A stretch of DNA of 64,000 bases. Origin: Zoogloeaceae bacterium. Lineage in GTDB: Bacteria > Pseudomonadota > Gammaproteobacteria > Burkholderiales > Rhodocyclaceae. Below are positions 56,563 through 64,000 of the stretch, in pieces. How positions within the stretch are numbered: the stretch's first letter is position 1; every line of letters begins with the position of its first letter. The notes beneath the pieces were generated by a model. It saw nothing but the letters and a program-made list of their open reading frames with translations. It did not search any database and was not told where the DNA came from. Location of the stretch: positions 38,347-102,346 of the forward strand of contig JACKMA010000009.1 in the NCBI GenBank assembly GCA_024235635.1. Direction: 5' to 3'. Made by a program: the position numbers and the translations under genes.

Positions 56563-57449
56563 TTGATTTCCTCCGGATTGCCGCCAAGCCCTTCGAGCAG
56601 TTTCAGCACCGCCACCGAGTCCTCTTCGCCGAGCCCGCTGCCGAACATGCCGGCGAACAGCTGGGCGGCGGCGGCGGCGGTCGGCAAGGCCACGCCTGCG
56701 CGATGTGCCTCGTCAAGAACGATGCGCATGTCCTTGAGGTGCATCCACGACTTGAAGCCCGGCTCGAAATTGCGATCGATCATCCGCGCGCCGTGGTTCT
56801 CGAGGATGCGGCTGTTGGCCAGACCACCGGTCAGAACCTCGCGCACCGCCGCGGCATCGACGCCGCTGTGGCGCGCGAAATTCAGAGCCTCGGCGACCGA
56901 GACCACGCCGACACCGGTGATCACCTGATTGCAGGCCTTGGTCACCTGGCCGGCACCATTGGCCTCGCCGATGTGCGTGATCGACCGCCCGATCGCCTGA
57001 AACAGCGGCAGCACGGCATCGAAGGCCGACTTCGGACCGCCGACCATGATCGTCAGCGAACCGGCGATCGCCCCGGCCTCGCCGCCGGACACCGGGGCAT
57101 CGAGCATGCGGATCTGGCGCGCGGCGAGCCGGGCCGCGATTTCCTTGGCCGCGCTCGGCGCGATCGTGCTCATGTCGACGACGATGGTGTCCGCCTGCGC
57201 GCCCTCCGCAATGCCGCCGGGGCCAAGCACGACTTCTTCGACATCTGGCGCATCCGCCACCATCGTGATCACGATCGGCGCCCGGCGCGCCACCTCGCCG
57301 GCATCGCCGCATGCCTGGGCACCGGCATCCGCCAGCGGGAGCACCGACTCCGCCCGCCGGCTCCAGACGAACACCTCGTGACCGGCCTTCAACAGATTCA
57401 GCGCCATTGGGCGCCCCATCAGACCCAAGCCCACGAAACCGACCTTCAT
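56559..57449 (-). CDS. beta-hydroxyacid dehydrogenase (tartronate semialdehyde reductase / HIBADH family), copy 1
   Basis: GFVGLGLMG, DAPVSGG, GQVTKACNQ, FEPGF, LKD. Confidence 0.9.
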   Translation of the reverse strand: MKVGFVGLGLMGRPMALNLLKAGHEVFVWSRRAESVLPLADAGAQACGDAGEVARRAPIVITMVADAPDVEEVVLGPGGIAEGAQADTIVVDMSTIAPSAAKEIAARLAARQIRMLDAPVSGGEAGAIAGSLTIMVGGPKSAFDAVLPLFQAIGRSITHIGEANGAGQVTKACNQVITGVGVVSVAEALNFARHSGVDAAAVREVLTGGLANSRILENHGARMIDRNFEPGFKSWMHLKDMRIVLDEAHRAGVALPTAAAAAQLFAGMFGSGLGEEDSVAVLKLLEGLGGNPEEIK

Positions 57450-57587
57450 CCGCGTCTTTCCCGTCCATTGACCATACGTGGATTGTAGCGGCTCGCTTCG
57501 ATAAAGTAGCTGCAAGCGGCAATGCAGCCGGCCTGCAGCGATGCGTGCAAGGCGCCGATACCGCAGCCACTCTCAGGATCCCGAACG

Positions 57588-58508
57588 ATGCGCTTTGCCC
57601 CATTCATCAAGGAAATCGGACGTGGCGCCAAGGGCGCGCGCTCCCTCGACCGCAGCCGCGCCGCCGAGCTGTTCGCGGCCATGCTCGACGACGACGTGGA
57701 CGAGCTCGAACTCGGCGCGGTGCTGATCGCGCTGCGCATCAAGAGCGAGTCGCTCGACGAATTGCTCGGATTCGCTGACGCGATGGCGGCCCGCGTCGCA
57801 ACCGTGGCGGTTCCCGACGGACCGCGCTGCATCGTGCTGCCCACCTACAACGGTGCGCGGCGCCAACCCAATCTGATGCCACTGCTCGCGTTGCTGCTGC
57901 AGCGCCGGGGTATTCCGGTGCTGATCCAGGGGCGCCACGATTTCGATGCCCGCGAGAATCCGTTCGCCCTGCTCGATGCACTTGGCATGCCGCGTGCCGG
58001 CGATGTTGCCGCGGCCGCGCGTGGCCTCGCTGCGGCGGGCATCGCCGCGATCGGCGTCGATGCATTGCTGCCGGGGCTGGCCCGCCTGCTGGCGACCCGC
58101 CCGCGACTTGGCGTGCGAAGTGCCGGTCATACCATGGCCAAGCTGCTCGATCCCTGTCCCGACCGGAGCGTCCGCGTCGTCGCTGTCACCCACCCCGAGT
58201 ACCTGACGCGGATGGAAGCGTTTCTGTGCGCCAGCGGTGGCCGTGCGCAATTGCTGCGGGGTACCGAAGGCGAAGCCTATGCCAATCCCAGGCGCCTGCC
58301 GAGGCTGGTGGCTTTCGCCGACGGTCGACAGTTCGTCCAGACCGAAGGCGAGAGCGGCGGTGCGCCGCCGCTCGCGGAACTGCCGGCGCATATCGATGCC
58401 GAACGCAACGCGGACACCATCCGACGGATGCTCGCGGGCGATCTGCCGACGCCGGAGCCGATCCTGTTCCAGGCCGACGCCCTGGCGCAACTCGCGATCG
58501 AATCCTGA
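57588..58508 (+). CDS. ybiB: YbiB (TrpD2, glycosyltransferase family 3-like DNA-binding protein)
   Basis: FIKEIGRGAKGARSL, PTYNGARRQPNL, GVRS..HT..KL, HPEY, RGTEGE. Confidence 0.88.
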   Translation: MRFAPFIKEIGRGAKGARSLDRSRAAELFAAMLDDDVDELELGAVLIALRIKSESLDELLGFADAMAARVATVAVPDGPRCIVLPTYNGARRQPNLMPLLALLLQRRGIPVLIQGRHDFDARENPFALLDALGMPRAGDVAAAARGLAAAGIAAIGVDALLPGLARLLATRPRLGVRSAGHTMAKLLDPCPDRSVRVVAVTHPEYLTRMEAFLCASGGRAQLLRGTEGEAYANPRRLPRLVAFADGRQFVQTEGESGGAPPLAELPAHIDAERNADTIRRMLAGDLPTPEPILFQADALAQLAIES

Positions 58509-58580
58509 GGGTCGCCCGCGCGCCGGGGGGTGGCCGCGCCGCTACAATGCCATCCTCATTGCATCCAGCCGAGATCCCAC

Positions 58581-59090
58581 GTGCAAGCCATTCTCCGAAT
58601 TCTCCGACATCGGCGCCTGCCTTTCCTGCTGCTGTTCGCCACCTGCGTCGCACTGCTCGCCTTCGGGCTCTATCTGCAATACATGAAGGGCCAGGAACCG
58701 TGCCCGATGTGCATCATGCAGCGCTATGCCTTCGTCGGTGTTGCGATCATTGCCCTGATCGCCGGCATCCATGGCCCGGACGCCACCGGGCGTCGCGTGT
58801 ACGGATTGTTGCTGGCGCTCTCGGCACTCGCGGGCGGTGGTGTCGCCGCGCGCCAGAGCTGGATCCAGATCTACCCGCCGGCGGTCTCGGAATGCGGACC
58901 GGGCCTCGAATACATGCTCGACAGTTTCCCGCTGGCTGATGCCCTGCCGATGATCTTCCAGGGCGCCGGAGATTGCACCGAGCGTGCATGGACCTTGCTC
59001 GGCCTGTCGATTGCCAACTGGTCGCTGGTGAGCTTTTCGGCCGTCACGCTGTTCGCCGTGTGGTTGCTGGTCGCCCGCCGCCGGGCCTGA
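58581..59090 (+). CDS. dsbB: Disulfide bond formation protein B
   Basis: EPCPMCIMQR, second Cys pair ECG...GDC, LSIANWS; four TMs. Confidence 0.92.
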   Translation: MQAILRILRHRRLPFLLLFATCVALLAFGLYLQYMKGQEPCPMCIMQRYAFVGVAIIALIAGIHGPDATGRRVYGLLLALSALAGGGVAARQSWIQIYPPAVSECGPGLEYMLDSFPLADALPMIFQGAGDCTERAWTLLGLSIANWSLVSFSAVTLFAVWLLVARRRA

Positions 59091-59100
59091 CGACCACCGC

Positions 59101-59415
59101 TCAGCCGATCACTTCGACGATCTCCAGCCCCAGTTCGTACTCGCCGCCCGGCAACGGGTGGCAGCGGCGCACGCATACCCGCACGTGAAGCGGATCGATC
59201 GCGCTCGTGCCGCCCGGAGAAACCACCTCGACACGCAGTTGCTCGCCGTCACGGGGCACGTAGCTGCTGACCAGCGTCATGCCGCCGACCGCCAGGTCGG
59301 TACATCGAGCCACCACCGGGCGAATCAGGCCCGGGACATGCACCGCGGCTTCGATGCCCCCGACCGGAATCCTCCGACCCAGTCGGCGCTCGCTACCGGC
59401 GTCGCGTCGATCCAT
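59101..59415 (-). CDS. Single-domain PilZ protein
   Basis: ERRLGRR (RxxxR) and DLAVGG (DxSxxG-like); SD AGGAGG. Confidence 0.8.
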   Translation of the reverse strand: MDRRDAGSERRLGRRIPVGGIEAAVHVPGLIRPVVARCTDLAVGGMTLVSSYVPRDGEQLRVEVVSPGGTSAIDPLHVRVCVRRCHPLPGGEYELGLEIVEVIG

Positions 59416-59448
59416 CGTTCCTCCTGAAGCTGTTCGCCGGCTGGCGCG

Positions 59449-61050
59449 CTAGTTGGCGGGTACGGCCTCGACCGCTTCCGACCAGGGTACGCAGGTCAGC
59501 AGCAGCATCGAGACGTCGTCATGATGGGATTCTCCCTCAAGATGCGCCTCCAGGGCCTGCCGAACGGCTTCGACCCGCTGCTCGGCAGGCGAGGCCGCCA
59601 ATGCCCGCTCGAGGCACTCCGGCCCGAATTCCTCGCCGTCCGACCGGTGCGCTTCGATCAGCCCGTCTGAATAGGCCAGGATCTGCTGGCCCGGATCGAC
59701 CGGGAAGCTCTCGGTGCGTGCGGTGTCCTCGTCGCTGTCGGTGATCCCGAGCGGCACGTGATCGGAGGCGAAACGGCGCACGATCCCGCCATTGCGATCC
59801 AGCAGCAGCACTTCCGGCACACCGCCGACCCAAAGCTCGACCTCGCCGGCGTCTGCCGACAGGCAGAACAGGGCGGCGCCGACGAATCGCCCGACCGGCA
59901 GACCACCGCGCAGTTGCGTGTTGATCGCCGTCACCAGCTTGGCGAGGCTGACGTCGCGCGCGACCTCGGTATAGAACAGAGACAGAATCGGCAGCACGCT
60001 GATCGCGGCGGCCAATCCGTGCCCGGTGGCGTCGGCCAGCATGGCGAAGGTCCTTCCACCCGGAGAGCGCGCCAGCATCACCAGGTCGCCCGAGAAGCGG
60101 GTGGTCGCCGCGACCGAATACTGCACGCGCGGATCCGTCAGCCAGTCGGCATGGATCTGGCGCTCCATGATCGTCCGCGCCAGTTCCTGCTCGCGCTCCT
60201 GCTCAGCGTAGAGGCGCTCGAGACGCGCTCGCGTCTCGGCGCGCTCGCGGGCCTGGCGCTCGCGCTCGGTGACGTCACGCATGACGCCGACGAACAGGTG
60301 CCGATCCGGCAACTTGATGTCGGTGACCCCGATTTCGAGCGGAAACAGCGCGCCGCTCTTGCGCCGGCCGATCACCTGGCGGATCTTGCCGACCATGCGA
60401 GTGACCCCGGTTTCGAGGTAGCGCATGATGTAGCCGTCATGGGACGACTGATGCGGTTCGGGCATCAGCATCGACACGTTCTTGCCGATCAGTTCGGTCG
60501 GTCCATAGCCGAACTGGGCACATGCGGCGCGATTGCACGAGTGCATCACGCCATGCTCGTCGATCGTGATCAGGCCGTCGATCACCGCATCCGAGATGGC
60601 GCGGATCTGCTCGAGCGATTCGACCACGGCCCGCTGCATCATCAGCTGGCGGGACACCGTGCGCATCTTGGCGGCGAACACGGCGAACGAAATGGGCTTG
60701 ACCAGATAGTCGTCGGCGCCGGCGTCGAGTCCCGCCGCGATGTCGGAGTCGTTCGACAACGCCGACAGCATCACCACCGGCACCCAGTTGCCCTCCTGAA
60801 GTCGACGGATGCTACGGGTCGCCTCGAAGCCATCCATCACCGGCATCATGACGTCCATCAGCACCATGTCCGGCTTTTCCGCCTCGTAGCGGGCAACGGC
60901 TTCCTTGCCGTCCACGGCCATGATCGCGGTAAATCCGAGCTTGCGAAGGAACACCTCGAGCATGCCCCGGTTCGACGCCGTATCGTCGGCGACCAGCACC
61001 TTCAGGTTCTTCGCCTGCGGCAGCCGGCCGTTGTCTGGTGTCATTTCCAT
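59449..61050 (-). CDS. REC-PAS-PP2C (SpoIIE/RsbU-like) phosphatase
   Basis: REC (VADD, MDVMMP), FixL-like PAS (NVSMLMPEPH..HD.Y), SGD, ADATGHG, YSDG, HDD. Confidence 0.9.
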   Translation of the reverse strand: MEMTPDNGRLPQAKNLKVLVADDTASNRGMLEVFLRKLGFTAIMAVDGKEAVARYEAEKPDMVLMDVMMPVMDGFEATRSIRRLQEGNWVPVVMLSALSNDSDIAAGLDAGADDYLVKPISFAVFAAKMRTVSRQLMMQRAVVESLEQIRAISDAVIDGLITIDEHGVMHSCNRAACAQFGYGPTELIGKNVSMLMPEPHQSSHDGYIMRYLETGVTRMVGKIRQVIGRRKSGALFPLEIGVTDIKLPDRHLFVGVMRDVTERERQARERAETRARLERLYAEQEREQELARTIMERQIHADWLTDPRVQYSVAATTRFSGDLVMLARSPGGRTFAMLADATGHGLAAAISVLPILSLFYTEVARDVSLAKLVTAINTQLRGGLPVGRFVGAALFCLSADAGEVELWVGGVPEVLLLDRNGGIVRRFASDHVPLGITDSDEDTARTESFPVDPGQQILAYSDGLIEAHRSDGEEFGPECLERALAASPAEQRVEAVRQALEAHLEGESHHDDVSMLLLTCVPWSEAVEAVPAN

Positions 61051-61152
61051 CGATCGATCACGCCCTTCCGGATACTTGGGAGCCCGGCACCTGGCGTTCC
61101 GGACGCTTGGCGGGGCCGGCCGCGAACGGCGAGGCAGTTTCGGCGCAGCGCT

Positions 61153-62043
61153 TCATGGCTGCTTCCCGCCGGCCACCGCGCGCACTCGGTTGCCACGACC
61201 TTCGTAGTCGAGCCGGGCAAAAGCGAGCTGTCTGGCCAGTGCGATGCCGCGGCCGTTCGGTGCGAAGGCCCGCTCGGGATCCAGTTCGAGGAATTCGCGC
61301 CAGTCGAAGCCGCGCCCCTGGTCCTCGATCAGGAACTCCCATTCGCCTTCCTTGCGCTCGATCGAGACGGTGACACATCGATCCCGGAATTCGGGCAGGC
61401 CAAGTCGGCGCTCCACTTCCTGCTGCCAGCGATCCTGCTCCTTCAGACGGGATTTCTCGGCAAAGCTGATCTCGAGGTTTCCGTGCTCGATCGCATTGAT
61501 CATCAACTCGGACAAGCCCATGGCGCCGAGTTGCGGCTCCGGGAACAGATTGCAGAGCAGCGCCGCGAGATGCTGGGCATCGTCGAGCGTCCGAATCTTG
61601 AAGCAGGCTGTTTCCGCCAGCGAGATCACTTTGGCCTGGATGTCCGCGCCCTGGACCGCGGCACGGCGCTGGGAGGCGTCCTCAAGGGCGGCGCGGACGA
61701 TGGTCTGCAGCGCCTCGAGTTCGAATGGCTTGGTCAGGTAGTAGTGGGCACCCGCCTGGAGCCCCTCGCGCACCTGGTCCGGCGATGCCGCCGCAGTCTG
61801 CATGATGACCGGGACGTCGGACAGGCGCTTGTCCGCCTTGATGCGACGCAGCACCTCGATGCCGTCGATGCCGCGCATCATCCGATCCAGCACCACCAGG
61901 TCGAAGTGACTGTCGGGCTTGCTCAGCAACTCCCACGCGAGCTCGCCGCTGTCGGCAGTCACCAGCCGATAGTTCGGGTCGTCCAATGTCTCGATGATGA
62001 TGTCGAGGTTGAAGGGCTCGTCATCGACCACCAATATCTGCAT
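61153..62043 (-). CDS. REC-HATPase (RsbW-like Ser kinase / anti-sigma) protein
   Basis: REC (VVDDE, LDRMM), LSELMINAIEHGN, IEDQGRGF, GRG; no H-box; start at MQILVV inferred. Confidence 0.85.
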   Translation of the reverse strand: MQILVVDDEPFNLDIIIETLDDPNYRLVTADSGELAWELLSKPDSHFDLVVLDRMMRGIDGIEVLRRIKADKRLSDVPVIMQTAAASPDQVREGLQAGAHYYLTKPFELEALQTIVRAALEDASQRRAAVQGADIQAKVISLAETACFKIRTLDDAQHLAALLCNLFPEPQLGAMGLSELMINAIEHGNLEISFAEKSRLKEQDRWQQEVERRLGLPEFRDRCVTVSIERKEGEWEFLIEDQGRGFDWREFLELDPERAFAPNGRGIALARQLAFARLDYEGRGNRVRAVAGGKQP

Positions 62044-62053
62044 TTCTGTCACT

Positions 62054-64000
62054 TCAAGACCCTTGTTCGATTTCAAGGCCGGCTTGTTCGAGCGGCATCA
62101 GCACCTCGAATCGGGCACCGCCATCGACCTCGTTGCTCGCAGAAATCATTCCGCCTTGCGCCTCGACGATCTCGCGCGATATCGCGAGCCCCAGCCCGGT
62201 CCCGCCTGCGCCGCTCTTGGTTTCGGAACTCTGCACGAACTTCTCGAAGATCGACTCGAGTTCCCCCTCGGGGATTCCGACTCCATTGTCCACTACGACC
62301 AAACGCACGAAATGTGTAGCCCCGGCTGCGTCGCCCCGTCGCCGGCACGGGCGCTCGACACAGTCGAGGACGACGCGGATGCAACCACCGGTCGGCGTGT
62401 AGCGCGCCGCGTTCGACAGCAGGTTGCGCACGACCTGCCCGGTCCGCATGGCGTCGCACCGGATCCGCAGCGGCCGGCCCTCGTCGAGGATGCTGTCGAC
62501 CCGATGCGACCTCAACAGCACGGCGTATTCGTCGAGCGCATCGGCGACGATCTCCTGCAGATCGTGGCTGTTGAGCTGAAGAATCATGCGACCCGACTCC
62601 AGCTTGGCGAGATCCAGCAAATCGTTGAGCATGTCCAGCAGCCGTTCCCCGCTCTGGCGCACCCGGCGGAAATACTCGAGTAGCTTCTCCTGCGACAGAC
62701 GATCCATACGACTCTCGCCAAGCCTGGCATAGCTCAGAATCGCATGCATCGGGGTGCGCAGTTCGTGGGACATGTTGGCGAGAAAGCTCGACTTGGCGAC
62801 GTTGGCCGCCTCGGCGGCATCCTTGGCCGTCCGCAGATCGCGGGTCTGCTCGCGCACCATCTCGGAGAGCTGATCGCGATGCCTGCGCAGTTCCTCCTCG
62901 GCATCCTTGAGCGCCGAAACATCGGTCGCACTGCCGATGAAGCCGAGCAGCGTTCCGTCGGGCCCCAGAATCGGATCGGATGTCGCCATCATCCAGCGAT
63001 AGTCACCGTCGGCATGCCTCAGGCGAAACTCGATGCCAAACGCGCGCCGGGTTTCGATGCCCTGATGTTCAGCGGCCGCGCAGCGCACGCGGTCCTCAGG
63101 ATGAACTGCCTCGAGCCAACCGGCGCCGAGCCCGTCGAGCAGTTCGGTACCGGTAAACTCGAGCCACGTGCGGTTGAGGTAGGTAACCCTGGCATCGGCT
63201 GCCAGCATGCGGATCAACACCGGCGCGGAGTCGGCCAAGCGTCGGAAACGGGCCTCGGATTCCCGCAGCGCAGCCGCTGCACGGCGTTGATCGGTGACAT
63301 CGGCGTGGGTCCCGATGACACGCAGCGGTTGCCCGTCGTCACCGCGTTCGACGACACGGCCACGATCCAGCACCCAGATGTAGCTGCCATCGCGATGTCG
63401 CATTCGATGCTCGGTGCGATAGGTCTCGGAATGGCCCTCGAGGTGATCCTGGACCGCGTGCGCCACCTGGGCAACATCGTCCGGGTGGATCCGCGATCGC
63501 CATTCGTCGAGGGAGGTACCGATCTCGCCGTGCCGATACCCGACCATTTCGCACCAGCGCGGGGAATAGTAGACCTCGTCGCGGGCGACGTCCCAGTCCC
63601 AGACGCCTTCGCCCGAACCCTCCAGCGCGAACTGCCAGCGCGCTTCGCTGTTGCGCAGCGCCTGTTCGTTGCGTCGACGCTGCGAAATGTCGCGCGCCAT
63701 GCCGAGCACGCCGCAGACCATGCCGGCGCGGTCCCGTACGGCGACCGTGAGCGCCTCCGCGCGCCACGCGCCGCCGTCCGGAAATCGCAGCGTGTCCTCA
63801 TGCACGCACGGTACCAGCGACGACTCGGCGGCGTGGTCGGCCTGGCGCAACCAGGCGGCCATGTCCGGCGGAAAGCATTCCTCGTCGGTGCGACCCAGCA
63901 GTCGGCTGGCGTCGCCACCGGCGAGGCGCTCGAAGGCCGGATTGATGTATCGATAGCGGCCCTGGGGATCCTTGAACCACACCATGTCCGGCATCGAAGC
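62054..64000 (-). CDS. Multi-PAS sensor histidine kinase (5' end outside window)
   Basis: Three PAS-PAC repeats, FLANMSHELRTP, NLLSNA, DNGVG, GTGLGL. Confidence 0.93.
   Translation of the reverse strand, partial: ASMPDMVWFKDPQGRYRYINPAFERLAGGDASRLLGRTDEECFPPDMAAWLRQADHAAESSLVPCVHEDTLRFPDGGAWRAEALTVAVRDRAGMVCGVLGMARDISQRRRNEQALRNSEARWQFALEGSGEGVWDWDVARDEVYYSPRWCEMVGYRHGEIGTSLDEWRSRIHPDDVAQVAHAVQDHLEGHSETYRTEHRMRHRDGSYIWVLDRGRVVERGDDGQPLRVIGTHADVTDQRRAAAALRESEARFRRLADSAPVLIRMLAADARVTYLNRTWLEFTGTELLDGLGAGWLEAVHPEDRVRCAAAEHQGIETRRAFGIEFRLRHADGDYRWMMATSDPILGPDGTLLGFIGSATDVSALKDAEEELRRHRDQLSEMVREQTRDLRTAKDAAEAANVAKSSFLANMSHELRTPMHAILSYARLGESRMDRLSQEKLLEYFRRVRQSGERLLDMLNDLLDLAKLESGRMILQLNSHDLQEIVADALDEYAVLLRSHRVDSILDEGRPLRIRCDAMRTGQVVRNLLSNAARYTPTGGCIRVVLDCVERPCRRRGDAAGATHFVRLVVVDNGVGIPEGELESIFEKFVQSSETKSGAGGTGLGLAISREIVEAQGGMISASNEVDGGARFEVLMPLEQAGLEIEQGS

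Noticed and set aside
1-64000. CRISPR arrays, tRNA/rRNA, IS elements, integrases, prophage or known defence genes
   Set aside because: No spaced repeats, cloverleafs, transposase/integrase or phage motifs found; nearly all sequence is explained by the listed CDSs

Overview
High-GC betaproteobacterial chromosome segment; gene content and order (ampD-pilA...pilR-pilS-PP0621, maeB/pckG, iclR-pbpG) suggest Rhodocyclales (Azoarcus/Thauera/Denitromonas-like), which is an inference. It is mostly core genes: 3' end of metG, sulP, acyP, dnaE, an RND pump with TetR, a degenerate PAS-GGDEF-EAL protein, a MocR regulator, nhaA facing a 10-gene Mrp/Mnh antiporter operon, iclR, pbpG, patatin, maeB, pckG, an aminotransferase, an SLT transglycosylase, ampD, mtnA plus class II aldolase, ybiB, dsbB and a histidine kinase/RsbW-like/RsbU-like/PilZ signalling cluster. 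The most interesting part is a ~11 kb cassette between the sigma54-driven type IVa pilin gene and pilR-pilS. It holds a Thr-rich six-cysteine pilin lacking the canonical D-region cysteines, a TfpX/TfpZ-like accessory gene, a TMTC-like (GT-C + TPR) putative protein O-glycosyltransferase, two GT4s, an AsnB-type amidotransferase, a flippase-like membrane protein, three SAM methyltransferases and a polyprenol-phosphate-sugar synthase-like GT2. Together these look like a candidate pilin glycosylation system distinct from TfpO/PglL/TfpW. Two structured 5' leaders (mnh operon, slt gene) are candidate cis-regulatory RNAs. No rRNA, tRNA, CRISPR array or mobile element was seen. All calls come from motif reading only; no searches were run.
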